A stretch of DNA of 64,000 nucleotides from Octopus bimaculoides. Lineage: Eukaryota. The notes beneath the pieces were generated by a model. That model was not told the DNA's origin. It searched no databases and saw nothing but the letters and a program-made list of their open reading frames with translations. The stretch is taken from contig NC_068998.1 of the NCBI RefSeq assembly GCF_001194135.2, forward strand, positions 45,396,757 to 45,460,756, in the 5' to 3' direction. Positions 51,129-64,000 of the stretch are shown piece by piece. A program made the translations under genes and the position numbers. How positions within the stretch are numbered: position 1 is the first letter of the stretch; each line of letters starts with the position of its first letter.

Positions 51129-51422
51129 TATAAAAAATTAAAGAAGGAAAATGCACACACTTTACATAGTTTTGATATATTCTTTAATATATTTTATATT
51201 GTTTGTCGACTGGTTTCACTTTAGCTAATCATGACGTTAAAATTATTTTAATTACGTATTTTCTTAAAGAAAAAAATTTTCTTAAGAAAATACATAATTA
51301 AAATAATTTTAATGTCATGATTAGTGAAAGTAAAACTGGTTGACAAACACAATATAAAGTATATTTTAAAATATATTAATACTATGTAAAGTGTGTTCAT
51401 TTTCCTTCTTTAATTTCTTATA
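51129..51422. repeat. Long inverted repeat (fold-back) flanked by TA runs
   Basis: tataaaaaattaaagaaggaaaatgcacacactttacatagt..tattttcttaa (51129-51267) pairs with ttaagaaaata..actatgtaaagtgtgttcattttccttctttaatttcttata (51282-51422). Confidence 0.9.
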
Positions 51423-52454
51423 TATACTACATCTCACCATGTGGGGATAATTGAAATTCGTCCCTTTCTGTTCTATATATATATATTTATTTTTATCTGA
51501 ATGGGTAAAAAAAATAAAAGTGTGTAGTGTTGCATTTAATAAGTTCCAAAATTTAAGCAAAATCACAACAAAGGGACAAACAGAAAATTCACACACATGA
51601 TGGGATGTTGCTAATTCTTTGTCAGTTAGGCATGAAATTGTAAGGATCCTTTGGACAGTAACTGATGAGGAATTAGCAACTTTTCAACATGTATAGGAAT
51701 TTTCTGTTTTATCCTTTGTTGTGTTTCAGTTTAAATTTTAGAACTTTGTGTGTGTGTGTGAGTGTTTTGACATTAGCTGAAAGGAAATCTGGATTAAAAA
51801 AGAAATCAAGTGTTGTGAGCAAGAAGACTGAATTGATACAGACAAAAGATGCATTTGGAGGATGACAACTGAGTAAAAAGATGTCTGAAACAATCTGACT
51901 GCAGAAGAGAAAGATCACAGAAGACATAAGAAAATATATTTCCAGAGACTAAACCCGGATAAGAAAGTTACAAAAAATAATGCACATGACATGATCTATA
52001 CAACCCATAAAAGCATGGGAAAACAATGTAAAATGATGACGATGATGGTATCATATATCAACCAATTGCACTTCCATTCCTCATTTAGTTTGTTACTAGT
52101 TCCAGTTAAAAATATCCATTTCATTTCTCTGATATTATCTTTAATGAGAAATACTTTCAGAGAGAGAGGGGTGGGGGTGTATTTCAAAAATGTAGTGATT
52201 GTTAGATATCAAGTTGTTTTTACAAAATAGTATAGCAATGAAACAAACAATTAATTACATTCTAAATTGTTAATTAAAATAGATTACGTTCTGAATAATT
52301 CCAAAGATCACAAATTTTATAAGGCTTTCACTGCCAGTTGTAACCATTTTGCTTGAGAACAATTTCTCTAAAGCACTTAACCATTCTTCTAATAAAATTA
52401 ATAATAATGATTTCTGGTGCCAGTATTATTATTATTATTATTAAGAAGAAGAAG

Positions 52455-52630
52455 AGCAGTGAATTGACAGAATCATTAGAGTAAATAAAATACCTTCTGG
52501 TATTCGTTATGAGTTCAAAACTCAAAAAGAGGTTAACTTTACTTTTTATCTTTCTGAAATAAGATAAAGTACCAGTCATATACTAGAGTTGACTTCACTC
52601 CTCCCCATAAATTTGTTGCCTTGTGTATAT
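52455..52630 (+). mobile_element. Degenerate SINE family B
   Basis: gtgaattgacagaatcattag..gagttcaaaa..ggttaactttacttttt..agtaccagt..aatttgttgccttgtg. Confidence 0.6.
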
Positions 52631-52754
52631 GATAATTATAGTTATTTTCACTAACATTAGAACATTCTTAATGTAGAATTTGATATTATAATTCCATTTG
52701 CCTTCTTTAGCTAATAATTATAATACTCTACTCATTGACAAACTGTGCCTTTAA

Positions 52755-52973
52755 CCCTTTAGCATTTAAACCAGCCATATCTGGCCCAACTACTTTACCT
52801 GTTCTATGTTCAAACTGGCCAGATCTAACCTCTCACACTTATGCTACAATGTCATTCTAAAAATAAAGAAATCACATCATTGGAACCACGTAGCTACAAG
52901 ATAATACATGATTAATTCAAGATTGTGAATAAATAAGCTTCACATTTGACAGAATATTCTGAATGCTAAAGGG
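52755..52973 (+). mobile_element. piggyBac-type MITE with TTAA target duplication
   Basis: TTAA|CCCTTTAGCATT ... AATGCTAAAGGG|TTAA. Perfect 12-bp TIRs, 219 bp long. Confidence 0.88.
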
Positions 52974-55900
52974 TTAATGTAATTAAATATTATTAAAGTG
53001 TTTAGCCTGTGAAATTTCTATATCTCACAGACTTAATAGTACATATGATTCAAAGACATTTTTTAATATTGTAGTAAACTATGTTACAAATTCATAACTA
53101 GCTTATTTGTAAGACTAAGTTAATTAATTTATAATTATTGAATTAAAGTTGAGTACTTTTGGTTGTGTGAAAGTTGTCAGCTCCAGGTTCCATTGTCTTT
53201 AGTAGCTTAATCAATATTTTTTGTCTTGTAGCAACCTAGAATTAACACAAGAAGTGTTTGTTCTTAATGCTAGAGTGATGTTGATTATATGTAGTTATAG
53301 CTTTATTTCCTTACACCAATCAACAAAACAAAAGGAGTTTCACTATACAAGTGGTCATAGTTATTTAATTAGCTTATTTTCATCTAATTTTTTTTTTAAT
53401 TAATCAAGTAAAACTATAATTCCGAATCACAAAATGTAACACTGCTTAGGGAAAAAAAATGGTATTTTCTCTCCTGCCAGAAATATACATAAACTGATGT
53501 TATATTTAGTGATTATAATTAAAGAAAGATTTAAAATTTTTAAAAACAAACTATGTTTTTAAAAAGTTATTTCATGGTCATAGAGAATGGTCAGACCATT
53601 GTCAAATTTGTCAAAAGAGTAACATAGATATGTTCATTTTCTATTAATGAATAGAAAAGCTCTTGCTTGAATTCTCATGATGGCATTGCCAGAAAGTGAA
53701 GACTAAATCATTTTTGATATAGTTACCCAGGGAGCATATGTATCAAACAACAATCACAAATAAATTATCATCTTTTGACAAAATTGGTAATAGTAGACTA
53801 ACTTTGTGACCTTTTCCAAACCCAGATTCCCCTGGACAATCTGAAAACAATCCAAATTTTCTTCTGTTTATGCCTCACACTTGTCTATGCTGTATAATAA
53901 CAAATTTAAACGTTGAATATTAAATTGAATCTGAGTGTTGGTCAATTTTATTGTTTTCTTATTATCTGTAGAGTTAGCAAGACAATGTGGGATGTTTGGC
54001 TTAACTGTACTCTTGGATAGTTTTTGGTTTTGTTTAGTAATACACACACACTCACATTCACTTGAATGGATTTCCATGAATATATTATGGTTTGGATATG
54101 ATTTTCTTTCAATCCAGAAACTAGATGGTAAAATTATAACTTATATCATACATGTTTTACTTCATCATCATCATCATCCATCATCCATCATCATCATCAT
54201 CATTCTTTCTTCTTCAGTTGTTCTTCATTTTCTCCTATTCTTATTATTAGATGGACTGACATTAGAGAAGATTCCTTTTGTCTTTCTGGAACCATATTGA
54301 AACTACTTAAAATTCTTTTAAACTCAAGTGAATATTGTTCCTTAATTTTTCCATCTATTTTTTTTTTTTTTTTACTTTCATTGTTTCAGAGTATCGCTGG
54401 TCGTACAATGGTGACGTATTATTTTTTTTGCATTGTCTCATTACTGTTGTTTAGAGATTGTCCCTGCTCAGTTTATTCTTTTTATTTTTATCTATCTCTC
54501 TCTATATATACATCTATCTAACTCAAACAAAAAAGGGGAATATGAACTTACTTCTTACATCATCATCTCCATCATCTTGAAAATTAAAAAAAAACCGCAT
54601 TCAATAACTTATTACTCTTGATTCAAATAGAATTAAACATTTAAGAGATTCCAGTGAACATTAACAATTTCAAATAACAAATGTGAGAGAACAACATTGA
54701 TAAAACTATTTTGTTTGCCTTAATCTTGTAAAGCTATCTGCATGGTTTTTCAACGATTAAGTTTTCTGGTTAAAACTTTTAATCATTTTCAATTAAATTA
54801 CTTTTGAAACTAATGTTTAAAATTTTATTTTAATCCAATCTGAATTTATTTCAATGTATTTTTTAAAACTGCCGTTAATACATCTTAAATACATCTTGGA
54901 AAGAAAATCATCTATAAAGAGTTAAAACAAAGAATTATATTGTGTTTGTGTCCATCAGGTTTATGAACATTTACAAACCATTCCCTTTAGTTGGTCTGGC
55001 ACTATAAACTCAATACTTCTGCAGGTCATTATAAAAATTGCACTGGGAAGATATGTGAAAACTTGATGTCACAGCTGATGTTCTCTGAAGTTTCTCCATT
55101 CCTTAGTTAAATCAATTCAGAAATTTGAATTCCAAGAAAATCTTCATCATCTTCAATCTCTCTCCTATCATTCCTGAGTTCTGTTTGATCAACATATTCT
55201 AGACTCTTCCTTTATCCTATAATTTCTCCCTAAATAGACACTTACATTTCTCTTAACTATTCCATGTTACTATATTTAACTTGTAGAACAGCTATCATTA
55301 TAATACTTCAAACCTTAATGTTCAGTCTTATAAAGTTTAGCAAAAACAATAATAATAATCCTTTTCCAATTATCAGTTCCATTGATATTAGATTTTGATG
55401 ACTCAAATTATAGAGGAATATTGTTTATCAATAGAAAAATAGAAAAATAATTTTCCAAATTAAATTAACAACTTTATTCCTATTTGGCTTAAATTTTTTG
55501 TTTAGGTTATTTACAAAATTCTTATAGGTGAAATGGTTAGTACACATGATTTGTTAAATAGATTATTGAAACAATTTAATTTTAAACAAAATTGATTATC
55601 AATGGACTATACAACTATCCTTAACCAAACTTCAAACAATGATTTTTCACCAAAATATTTTCATATCTGTAATTATTCATACGGACATGACATTCTTTTC
55701 TTTGAATAGAAAACAAATTTTTTAAAATGTTTTTCTCATGATAAAATAACTTTTAAAAAACAACAAAACATTTTACTATCTCACTGATCTGTCATTATTA
55801 TAACATTGAAGTATGTTTGATTTATTCATTAAAACAAATAGTTATTTTACTGTTAGTTCAATCACGTATTCCCTTTTTATGTCTGCATCTTCAACTGACA

Positions 55901-56619
55901 ACATTTCTCTCAATACAACACAACATAAGCTTAGTGTCACACTGACTTTATTTCCTGCATGAAATTTTTTCATCTTCAACAAAATTATTTAAAAAAGAAA
56001 AAAAGATAAAAAAAATTTTTTTTCAAATTATCATTATTATAAAATCGAAAAAAAAAAACGAAAAAAACTATTTATTATCTTTTCAAATGTTTGATATGTA
56101 TTTTATACCTTTGCATTACACATTTGTTTTGCTATGTTGCTCTGCAGCTTTCTTCGAACATTTTGCCTTTTGCATGGATATAGAATTATGTTTCATAATT
56201 TTTTTCTTTTATTACATTCTGCATCATGCATGGTTTTTGCCTCATTAACAGTTGTATTTTTTCATGTGTGTGTGTGTGTGAATATGTATGTGTACATATA
56301 TGTATGTATATATATATATGTGTGTATATAAATATATATTTATATATACAAACATACATACAGCATTGTTGTTTTTTATCATCACTTTAACATCTACTTT
56401 TTATGCTTGTTTGGGCAGACAAAGTTCATTGAGGCAGATTTTTTATGCCCAGATGCCCTTCTCTTCTTATTGCCAACAATCACCTGTTTCTTCCATGTAA
56501 GGTAATATTCCCCACTGACCTGACATGGAAAATTGGAAATAAACGGTACCATTTGTATAAAAGTGTTGCTTGTTTACCAATATCATGTGCAGTCAAACCA
56601 AGGGGACACACACACACAC

Positions 56620-56674
<55 letters not shown>

Positions 56675-57059
56675 ATGAATTTCTTTCAATTTCTTCACAC
56701 CAAATCCACTCAAAAGGTTTTGGTTGGCCCAGAGCTGTAGTAGGTGTCACTGGCATGCAGTGGGGCTAAATCAAAGAGCTACATGGGAATCAAATTTCTT
56801 AGCATTCATGCATATACTTGTGAGTGTATGTATGTGTGTGTGTGTCTGTGTATGTACATGTGTGCATGTATATGTATGTAACTATTGATAATACATTCAC
56901 TAAGCTATTATTAAATTCATCTTCAGACATACATAAGCTCTATCATTGACTGTACATGATTTCAGATCTGAGAAACTCTCCACAGATATGATCTTTAATG
57001 AATAGAGCAAGTTTTTATTGACTAAACAAAACCCTTGGTCTCAGTGACTAGAAAATATT

Positions 57060-57730
57060 GTACAGTGGAGAAACCTTAGAAAGTCAGGTGCCATTTATCC
57101 ATGTGGACAACGGTGTTAAACAATGGGGTACAATTTCACTGACTTTATTCCCCACATACTATGTACCCATGACTACTCATGATTATGATGAAGGCATCTT
57201 TGTCAGTTATTGAAAATCAGATCAACTCTCCAACCTGAATCATTTCAAAGTTTAGTTGAAGACCTTCATAACTCATGTGGTGTTCCTGTTCACTGGAACA
57301 CATTATTCAGAAAATAATGAACTTCTTCTTCAGTATCTTTCCTGCTTTTGGACTTACAATAAACCTGAAGAAAACTAAGATGATATTTACTTATGTTCCA
57401 AAGAACCCACATGTGGAGACAAAGACATGACATATCTCAACGGCACTGCCTCCATAGATGGATTCATGGGTTCTGAGATGAACCTGAAGATTGATATGGC
57501 TCCCACTGAAACTTGGGACATTGGACAAAGGGGTCAGACAGGGTTTTGAAACTGTCCATCAAGCTTTGCATCTTTGATGCTTATGTTGTCATATCCCACA
57601 ACTGTGTTGGGTGGCTTGTATCAACGACAAATCAAAATACTCAAAATATTTCACCAGAAGAGTCTAAAGCATGCATTAAACATCAGCTGGAAAATCTCTT
57701 ACACCTGATACAGAAGGCTGTCTCACTATG
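57060..57730 (+). mobile_element. RTE/BovB-like LINE reverse transcriptase fossil
   Basis: Degenerate frames read ESQVPFIHVDNGVKQWGTISLTLF, GIFVSY*KSDQLSNLNHFK, IQKIMNFFFSIFPAFGLTINLKKTKMIF, KLSIKLCIFDAYVV and LYQRQIKILKIFHQKSLKHALNISWK. Confidence 0.78.
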
Positions 57731-57969
57731 TAAGCTTAGTTAATCCAGTATCATATGCTGTACGTAAATCATATCATCCATTTTGATAATCTCAGGCTTC
57801 CAAGGCTATTACTTTATGGTGAAATAGTTGTTGGTAAGCATCCCCAACACATACCAAAAAATGAGATTTCATGAGATCACAGGAAACAACGGAAGTTGTT
57901 CGAATATTAACATTGTCAATTTGAAAAATCTCATGTATATATATATATATATACATACACATATATCTG

Positions 57970-58600
57970 TACATTTTCCAACAAAGTTAGTGTGCCATTA
58001 TGAGACTACATTTCAATTAAGCTGTTTAATTAACTGCTGAAATTGCACGTGTCAGGGATGTGAGAATTCACATATTGCAGAGGAGCATCATTTTAATTTT
58101 CCAGGAGTTACACTATGGTGGGGCTTACCTTCAAAACCACTTGTTGGACCATTCCTTTTTCATGATACAGTGATTGTTCATATTTACTCAGACTTTCTGC
58201 AACAACTTATAATGCCAAGCATTCAAGAAGACTCTGAAGACATAGAGTTTTATTTCAAGCAACATGAGGTACCCTGCACTACCACAGTAACATAAGGGCC
58301 TGGTTGCCAAAGAAATGAATTGCACAAAGATATTCAGTAGAATATACCCTGCATTCACTGAACCATTAGAAAACTTTTATGGAATTACTTAAAAGATAAA
58401 TTTTGTGGCACAAAAGGGGCACCAGTCAACAAATTGAGGGCAACCACTGAATAACAATGCACACAAATACCAATTGAAATGCTTCTTTGTGCATACAATT
58501 CTATCATTTTACATAATCATTACTACCTGAACTGAACTTTCCATCCGTTTCAAAACAAGGCATTCATAAATTCTGTTGGTGGATTCTTTTAAATTTTCAA
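57970..58600 (+). mobile_element. IS630-Tc1-mariner transposase fossil, rosa/DD41D-like
   Basis: Reads HFPTKLVCHYETTF..NFPGVTLWWGLPSKPLVGPFLFHDTV..YSDFLQQLIMPSIQE..EFYFKQHE..LWNYLKD. This is a degraded version of the VW.DEA.F..PGV.VW.G....GP.FF.GTV..Y..ML..FYFQQD layout. Confidence 0.68.
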
Positions 58601-58871
58601 AATGTTATGTATTTTAATAAACATCGACTTTATAACCATTCAATGGGTGTTTGCATTTTTAGGAGGGACACCATATAATTACATGCATATAATTACACGC
58701 ATGCATAAATGTATACATATAATTAATAATCATACTATACAATGGAAATTGAACTTAGAGATTTTCCATTTATTCAAAACACCTATTTCCTCCAGGAATA
58801 TTCCTTTTTACTACTGTCCATGGAAGTGCTTCTCAATATAAATGCCTGGATTAACTTAGCACTACTGACTT

Positions 58872-58914
<43 letters not shown>

Positions 58915-61900
58915 TTATGTGAGAGTTTGTGTATGCTCGTGTTTGTGTGTACACGTGTGCGTGTGTATGCATGTGCATGTGGGTGTGTGTTTGCATGCAT
59001 GCACATGCGTAAGCCAGTTGATGTGTTTTATAGTTTTATCTCTTGTTGTTTTGCTCTTCTTCTGCATTTTTATTTTCAATTAGTTTATTGCAAATTCATT
59101 AGACAAATAATTTCAATTATTTTTTTTACAATTTGTGAACCCAGTAATTTATTGTATACTTGGCATGTGTTCACATTCTCCAAGACTGAAATGTCTTCAA
59201 GGATTCTTTTCTGAGATTGCCATGTTTTATTAAAGTTCCTTTCTATTGAAATTAATTTCATATCATTTGTCTTGTGCATCCATTTTCCATACCTATACTG
59301 CTATATTGCTGAAACTTGAAGACATTTTCGTCTTTCTAAATTTGTGTTTAAATGTTGTATTTGTAAAATGTTCATTAAGACAGGTTTATTAAGCTAATGA
59401 ACACACCAGATAGTTTAATGCATAATGTCACACTAAATATATAACCAAGGTTCATTTAGACATGAAGGGCTTTCTAGTTGTATTTAAATACTTTGTGATG
59501 TCAGTTAACTTTACTTTCTAAAAAGTACATTCTTAATTATATTTGAAACGCCAAGCATTCAAATAGTCACATTTTTCCACTTCAATCAAGACAAAATAAC
59601 TATAAATTGGTTATTAATTATAGATTTAGTGTAGTTCTGTTCATTTTCTGGCAATCAAAAGAAAAAAAGGCAAAAAAAAAACCACTATTATGACCACTAC
59701 AGGAGATCTAACTGTAGGCCTGAAGAGAAGTGACAGACATTATTGTGATCGAAATATGGACAACACTCATTGTTTAATGACAGTGTTTAAGGATAATGAA
59801 TGTGTTTTCTCTTGAAACTGATGTCTCGTTTGTATTGTTGATAAACAAAGATTTGCAGTTTCTATCCTGACAATTCTTACAATGTATCTTATTAATAGCT
59901 ATACTTTTATATAATGGAAAAAAATGTCACTAGAAAAAGTAAATAGATCAGTACCTTTTGATCATCGAAAAGATGTCTAATTCTGGAACATTCTTAGGTG
60001 AAAAGCTACAGAACAATTGTATAAGTGTATTTCATTTGAAAGGGGTCAAATAATGAAGCAGACAGCTTTTAAAGAATTCATCAAGCTAAAAATGTTGGTC
60101 CCTTTCAACACGTATAAATATAGTGCAATGGATAAGCTAAAAGCTGAGACACTACTTATACAAGCGGGAAACATTTAGAAAAGCTTTCATGCTAAATAGC
60201 CTCATATATTTCATAAATATATTATTTCTATGTTGATAGATTTACTTTTGTTTTTTTTTGTTTTTTTCTTCTCTCTGTTTTGATACTGGTGTACTTTGTT
60301 TTATATTTGTTGATAGTTTTCATTGTTGCTGCTGTTGCTATTATTTTATTGTACTCACACTCATATATATATACAAACAGATATACTCCTACTTGACTTC
60401 CTTACACTCTTAGTCCATCTTTTTTAATACCACAAGAGTTTCCTTTCTACTCATCCAAGAAATGAAGCTTAGTTCAAGATACATCTTTCAATTTATATTT
60501 TTCTTCTACAAATTTAAAAAGAAATCCAGTATTTACATCATTATATGGAAGTGTGAACATGAATTTTGTAGAGTTTGAAGCATATAAAGATGTTTTATTT
60601 TACTTTTATTTATAATTTTGTATTGATATATTAGACAGAATATGTTCTTCTTAAATTATTTTGCTAACATTTAGAAGTGGCCTTGAATATATTTCCTTTT
60701 GGGTAAATAAAATTCCATTGATTCGATAAGGTTAGTTAATAAAACACTTAGAAGTAAATAAATAGATTGAATTTTAAAGAAGGAAGCAAATTTAATAAGT
60801 TTTATTAGCTGTTCTTCTTAACTGATGATAACAAAGAAATAAGGTCTTTATGTCTGTCTGGAGAAATATTCTAGAAATAATAAGACTATGGAATCTGAAC
60901 AGACTGATTTATATAGAGCTTTGAGAGAGGTAATTTGCAGTATGCCATCTGAAGTGATGTGGCAGTAGGCATGAGCTTACTAGTATCACCATAATTAGGA
61001 GCTCATTTGCAGGATCCCATACATTAAAATGCCATATCTGTAAAGGAAGAAGAATTCAAGTTAATGGTGTAGACACGCTTATGGGTGATGTTGTACGAGT
61101 TGGGGTTTAGGAGAAATTAGAACAGTAGTTAGGGTGAGTGGAAATATATGTCAGACTGATCATTTAAGCTTTATGTCACTGCAATAATTTGATTATTCTT
61201 TTAACAGTACTTATTGATACTTCTCAATATTTTACTCCATGCAAACCACTCTATCAGATGACATATTATATACAACATTTAGCAAGGAATGATTCTTTAT
61301 CAATATTGTTTCCAGTGTTTTATACTAATTGATTTTTACTAAACATGAATTGTAAAATGTTTGACAGTTTTAAGATCAATGCTGGTAGTCTCATAACACA
61401 AATTATCTTAATGCTCATCGGCAAGGAAAATCAATGTTTAAAAAATTCTCATCTTTGAACAAGTACTGAAATATGTGGAGACAATATTTGGAGAGAAGAG
61501 TTTTCTAAATTCTAGGCACACAGAAAGCTGAATACTCAATATCGCTCCAAAAATACACTTCATACGAATGTTTAAAACTGTGAATATAGCTTTAAATATT
61601 CAGAATATGCAGTAGTTCTTAACCATGTATGTACATATGGTGAGACCAACCAAGCAACTTTGGTAAATATAATATTAATGATAAAGCATATCTTTACCGT
61701 TCACTATAATTAAGGTGATTTCTTTTCTTATGAATGAAGTCCATTGGGAAAACAATGGTCTTCAGATTAAGTAGTTGGGCTGTTTGTCTTCTCTACCTTG
61801 TGACTTCATTTTCAATTGATACACAAAAATAAACTGACTTTTCCTGTTGTATAATTTACTCTGTCAAAGGAGGATTGGATTGAGAATATTAAAGGAAAAA

Positions 61901-62976
61901 ACCTTTATATACAATAACTATTTCTAACGTAAGCTTTTGAAATTTAGAGAAGAGAATACTTAATTATACTGATCTATCTACAGGTGCAGTCTCAGGAATT
62001 TTACAAAGGGAGGGCACAAGGTCAAAAGGGAATACAGTTCCAGGAGAAAAGGGCATAATAACATTATTTAGAAGGCCACGCTTCTTTTCTTGAAAAGTGG
62101 GGAGCACCTCTCCCTTCTTAGACCTGATCTACTTAGACTGTTAGTTTATTTTATCGATTAAAATTGGCAAATTTAACCTTTGCAGAATCTAAACTGAAAA
62201 TATAAAGAGATACAACTAAATTCTGCAAAAGCCTATTATCAGCCAAGTGAGTTATGACATGCAATAATGCTTAGAACATTTGAGAATATTTCTAATTTTA
62301 GTAGACAACTTAACTGCCCAAAATATTAGAGTACACCTCACTTCAAGCTAATGAACTTACTGAGATTTTTATTAATTTATATATATTTATGTTCAAATTT
62401 TCTTTTCCTGAAACACATTGTATTTTAATACTCCAATAATTGATCTTAATCATGTTTTCTTTTATATAATTTCTCAGTTTCCAGTTTCTGGAAATTGAGA
62501 AACCATTTAATGATTAACTGTCATTTTCTCTGTCTATGTAAGAAATTAATCTACGCTGATTTATCACTCAACTTACAGATGAAACCATCTTTGAAGACAA
62601 GTCTACAACATACATTTTCTCCTTCAATACCTTCTGTTTAACTAATTATTATCATAACTATAATTGCTTATTTTATTTTTGGGAGGTGGCAAATGTAACA
62701 CCGGACTTCATAGAATAACAATCACACAAAACAGCTGTTCAATGTAAATACTAACAAATTAAAGCAATTGAATGAAAATATTAATATGAATCCAAAATGT
62801 TTGATTAATGTTGAGAAAGATACCTTTTATTTTTTTTAAGTGAAGAGACCAATATATAGCCAGCAGCTAGCAACTCCACAGGCAATTTCCAGTTACTTTT
62901 ATGTATTTAATCACAGATTTTCTGAACACTGTTCAGTTATTCATTACATATGTTTTCTTTCTTTTCTTTTCCATAG

Positions 62977-63046
62977 GAATGTCCGACAGGTATAGTGAAC
63001 GAAGATACATTTAAGGACATTTATGCTCAATTTTTTCCTCAAGGAG
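62977..63046 (+). CDS. KCNIP: KChIP coding exon (EF-hand 1, CPxG motif), equivalent to vertebrate KCNIP core exon 3
   Basis: Acceptor ttttctttcttttcttttccatag| and donor GGAG|gtaaga. 70 nt, phase 0 to phase 1. Translates ECPTGIVNEDTFKDIYAQFFPQG(x) and joins in frame to the 20007-20131 exon (GFKQ|ECPTG). Too short to appear in the ORF track. Confidence 0.95.
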
Positions 63047-64000
63047 GTAAGAATAGTTAAGTTATTTATTTGTAAAACAGTATGACTATCAAGGCAATAC
63101 AATAAAACAAAAAGAGCAGCTATTATATGAAATTTTAAATATTTTAAATTAAATGAAAATTATATTTATGTACAATCTCACAGAGCCAACATTTTCTCTG
63201 TTAAGAAACTCATAACAAAACAAACATTTTCTAATATCTTGAATGAGTTCTTGTTTTCCATGACACTTTCTTTCCTCTTATTCTTGGAATATATAATTAT
63301 AAATCATACGCACACTATATATATTTATATGCAGCAGAGTTGTTAGAACATTGGACAAAGTGATTTGTGGTATTTATTTCAGCTCTTTACATTCTAAGTT
63401 CAAATCTCACCTTTTACAAAAGTAACACATTAACGGCAGTCACTTTTACAGAACCATTTTCTCCGGGTTACTAATTAAAAAGGAATTGCTGCTGATAGGA
63501 AATTTCAAGTTGGTTTGGTTAATGAGTGATAAATGAACACAACATTCCTGGGATTATCATCTGAAATATGTATATAAAAAAAACAACATAAATAAATTTG
63601 TATTAAGATTCTCTTAAGCAATTATTTCATCCAGGGGCAGAGACAGTGTTTGGATAGCTTCATGGCTTTAGTGAAGCTATAGTTCAAACACAGCATAAAG
63701 GACAAATAAAACAATTGAAAGACTTTAAGAAAAATTGCTACCATATATTCACATGTGTGTGTGTGTGTGTGTGTAATGGATTTATGTATGTAGTACAAAC
63801 AAACTTTGGAAATGTCATTTGTATGTGTTGGTATTTTACAGACAGGAAAGAAAATTTCAAATGCAGGAAAATAGATTGGGCAGCAGAAATAGATTGAGCA
63901 TTTACCCATATAAGACAGAAAAAGTTGTCTGCAGGTGGCTATGGCCAGCAGGCAGCTAAACAGCATCTAACAGGAGCCATTTAGCTTAATGGTAGAGCAC

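Larger units (their letters stand above)
20132..62976 (+). other. 42,845-nt phase-0 GT-AG intron of the KChIP gene
   Basis: Starts GTAATA, ends CCATAG after a long pyrimidine tract. The flanking exons fuse in frame into a contiguous KChIP sequence. Confidence 0.88.

Noticed and set aside
51606-51700. 22-bp inverted repeat containing CTGATGAGG
   Set aside because: No GAAA follows stem II, so it is not supportable as a hammerhead. The repeat is too short to interpret.
54250-54300. Acceptor-like ttattag|ATGGACTGA
   Set aside because: It gives an immediate stop in the phase needed after the upstream exon, and no donor is present.
459-59279. Numerous ORFs rich in YI/TH/VC/poly-I/poly-L or X residues
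   Set aside because: They are translations of (TA)n, (CA)n and (ATT)n microsatellites, SINE bodies or N-gaps. None has splice or homology support.
1-64000. CRISPR arrays, operons or other prokaryotic systems
   Set aside because: There are no regularly spaced repeat-spacer units or gene-dense segments. The window is eukaryotic intronic DNA.

Overview
AT-rich eukaryotic animal DNA, dense in microsatellites and SINEs, with four N-gaps. The repeat landscape suggests an octopus or other coleoid cephalopod; this is inference, not a database result. The whole window lies inside one + strand gene, a Kv-channel-interacting protein (KChIP/KCNIP, neuronal calcium sensor family). Only two coding exons are visible (20007-20131 and 62977-63046), joined by a 42,845-nt GT-AG intron. 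The rest is intronic. It holds several tRNA-derived SINE families, remnants of RTE, RTE-X, BovB-like and R4/Dong-like LINEs, maT (DD37D), mariner and rosa-like transposase fossils, TTAA- and TA-flanked MITEs, and long fold-back repeats. The least expected signals are two type I hammerhead-ribozyme motifs 600 bp apart (13775-13833 +, 14437-14481 -), typical of Penelope-like elements or retrozymes, and two near-perfect 290-390 nt hairpins inside the KChIP pre-mRNA. Most ORFs in the supplied track are microsatellite or gap artefacts. No prokaryotic features, CRISPR arrays, rRNA or genuine tRNA genes were found.
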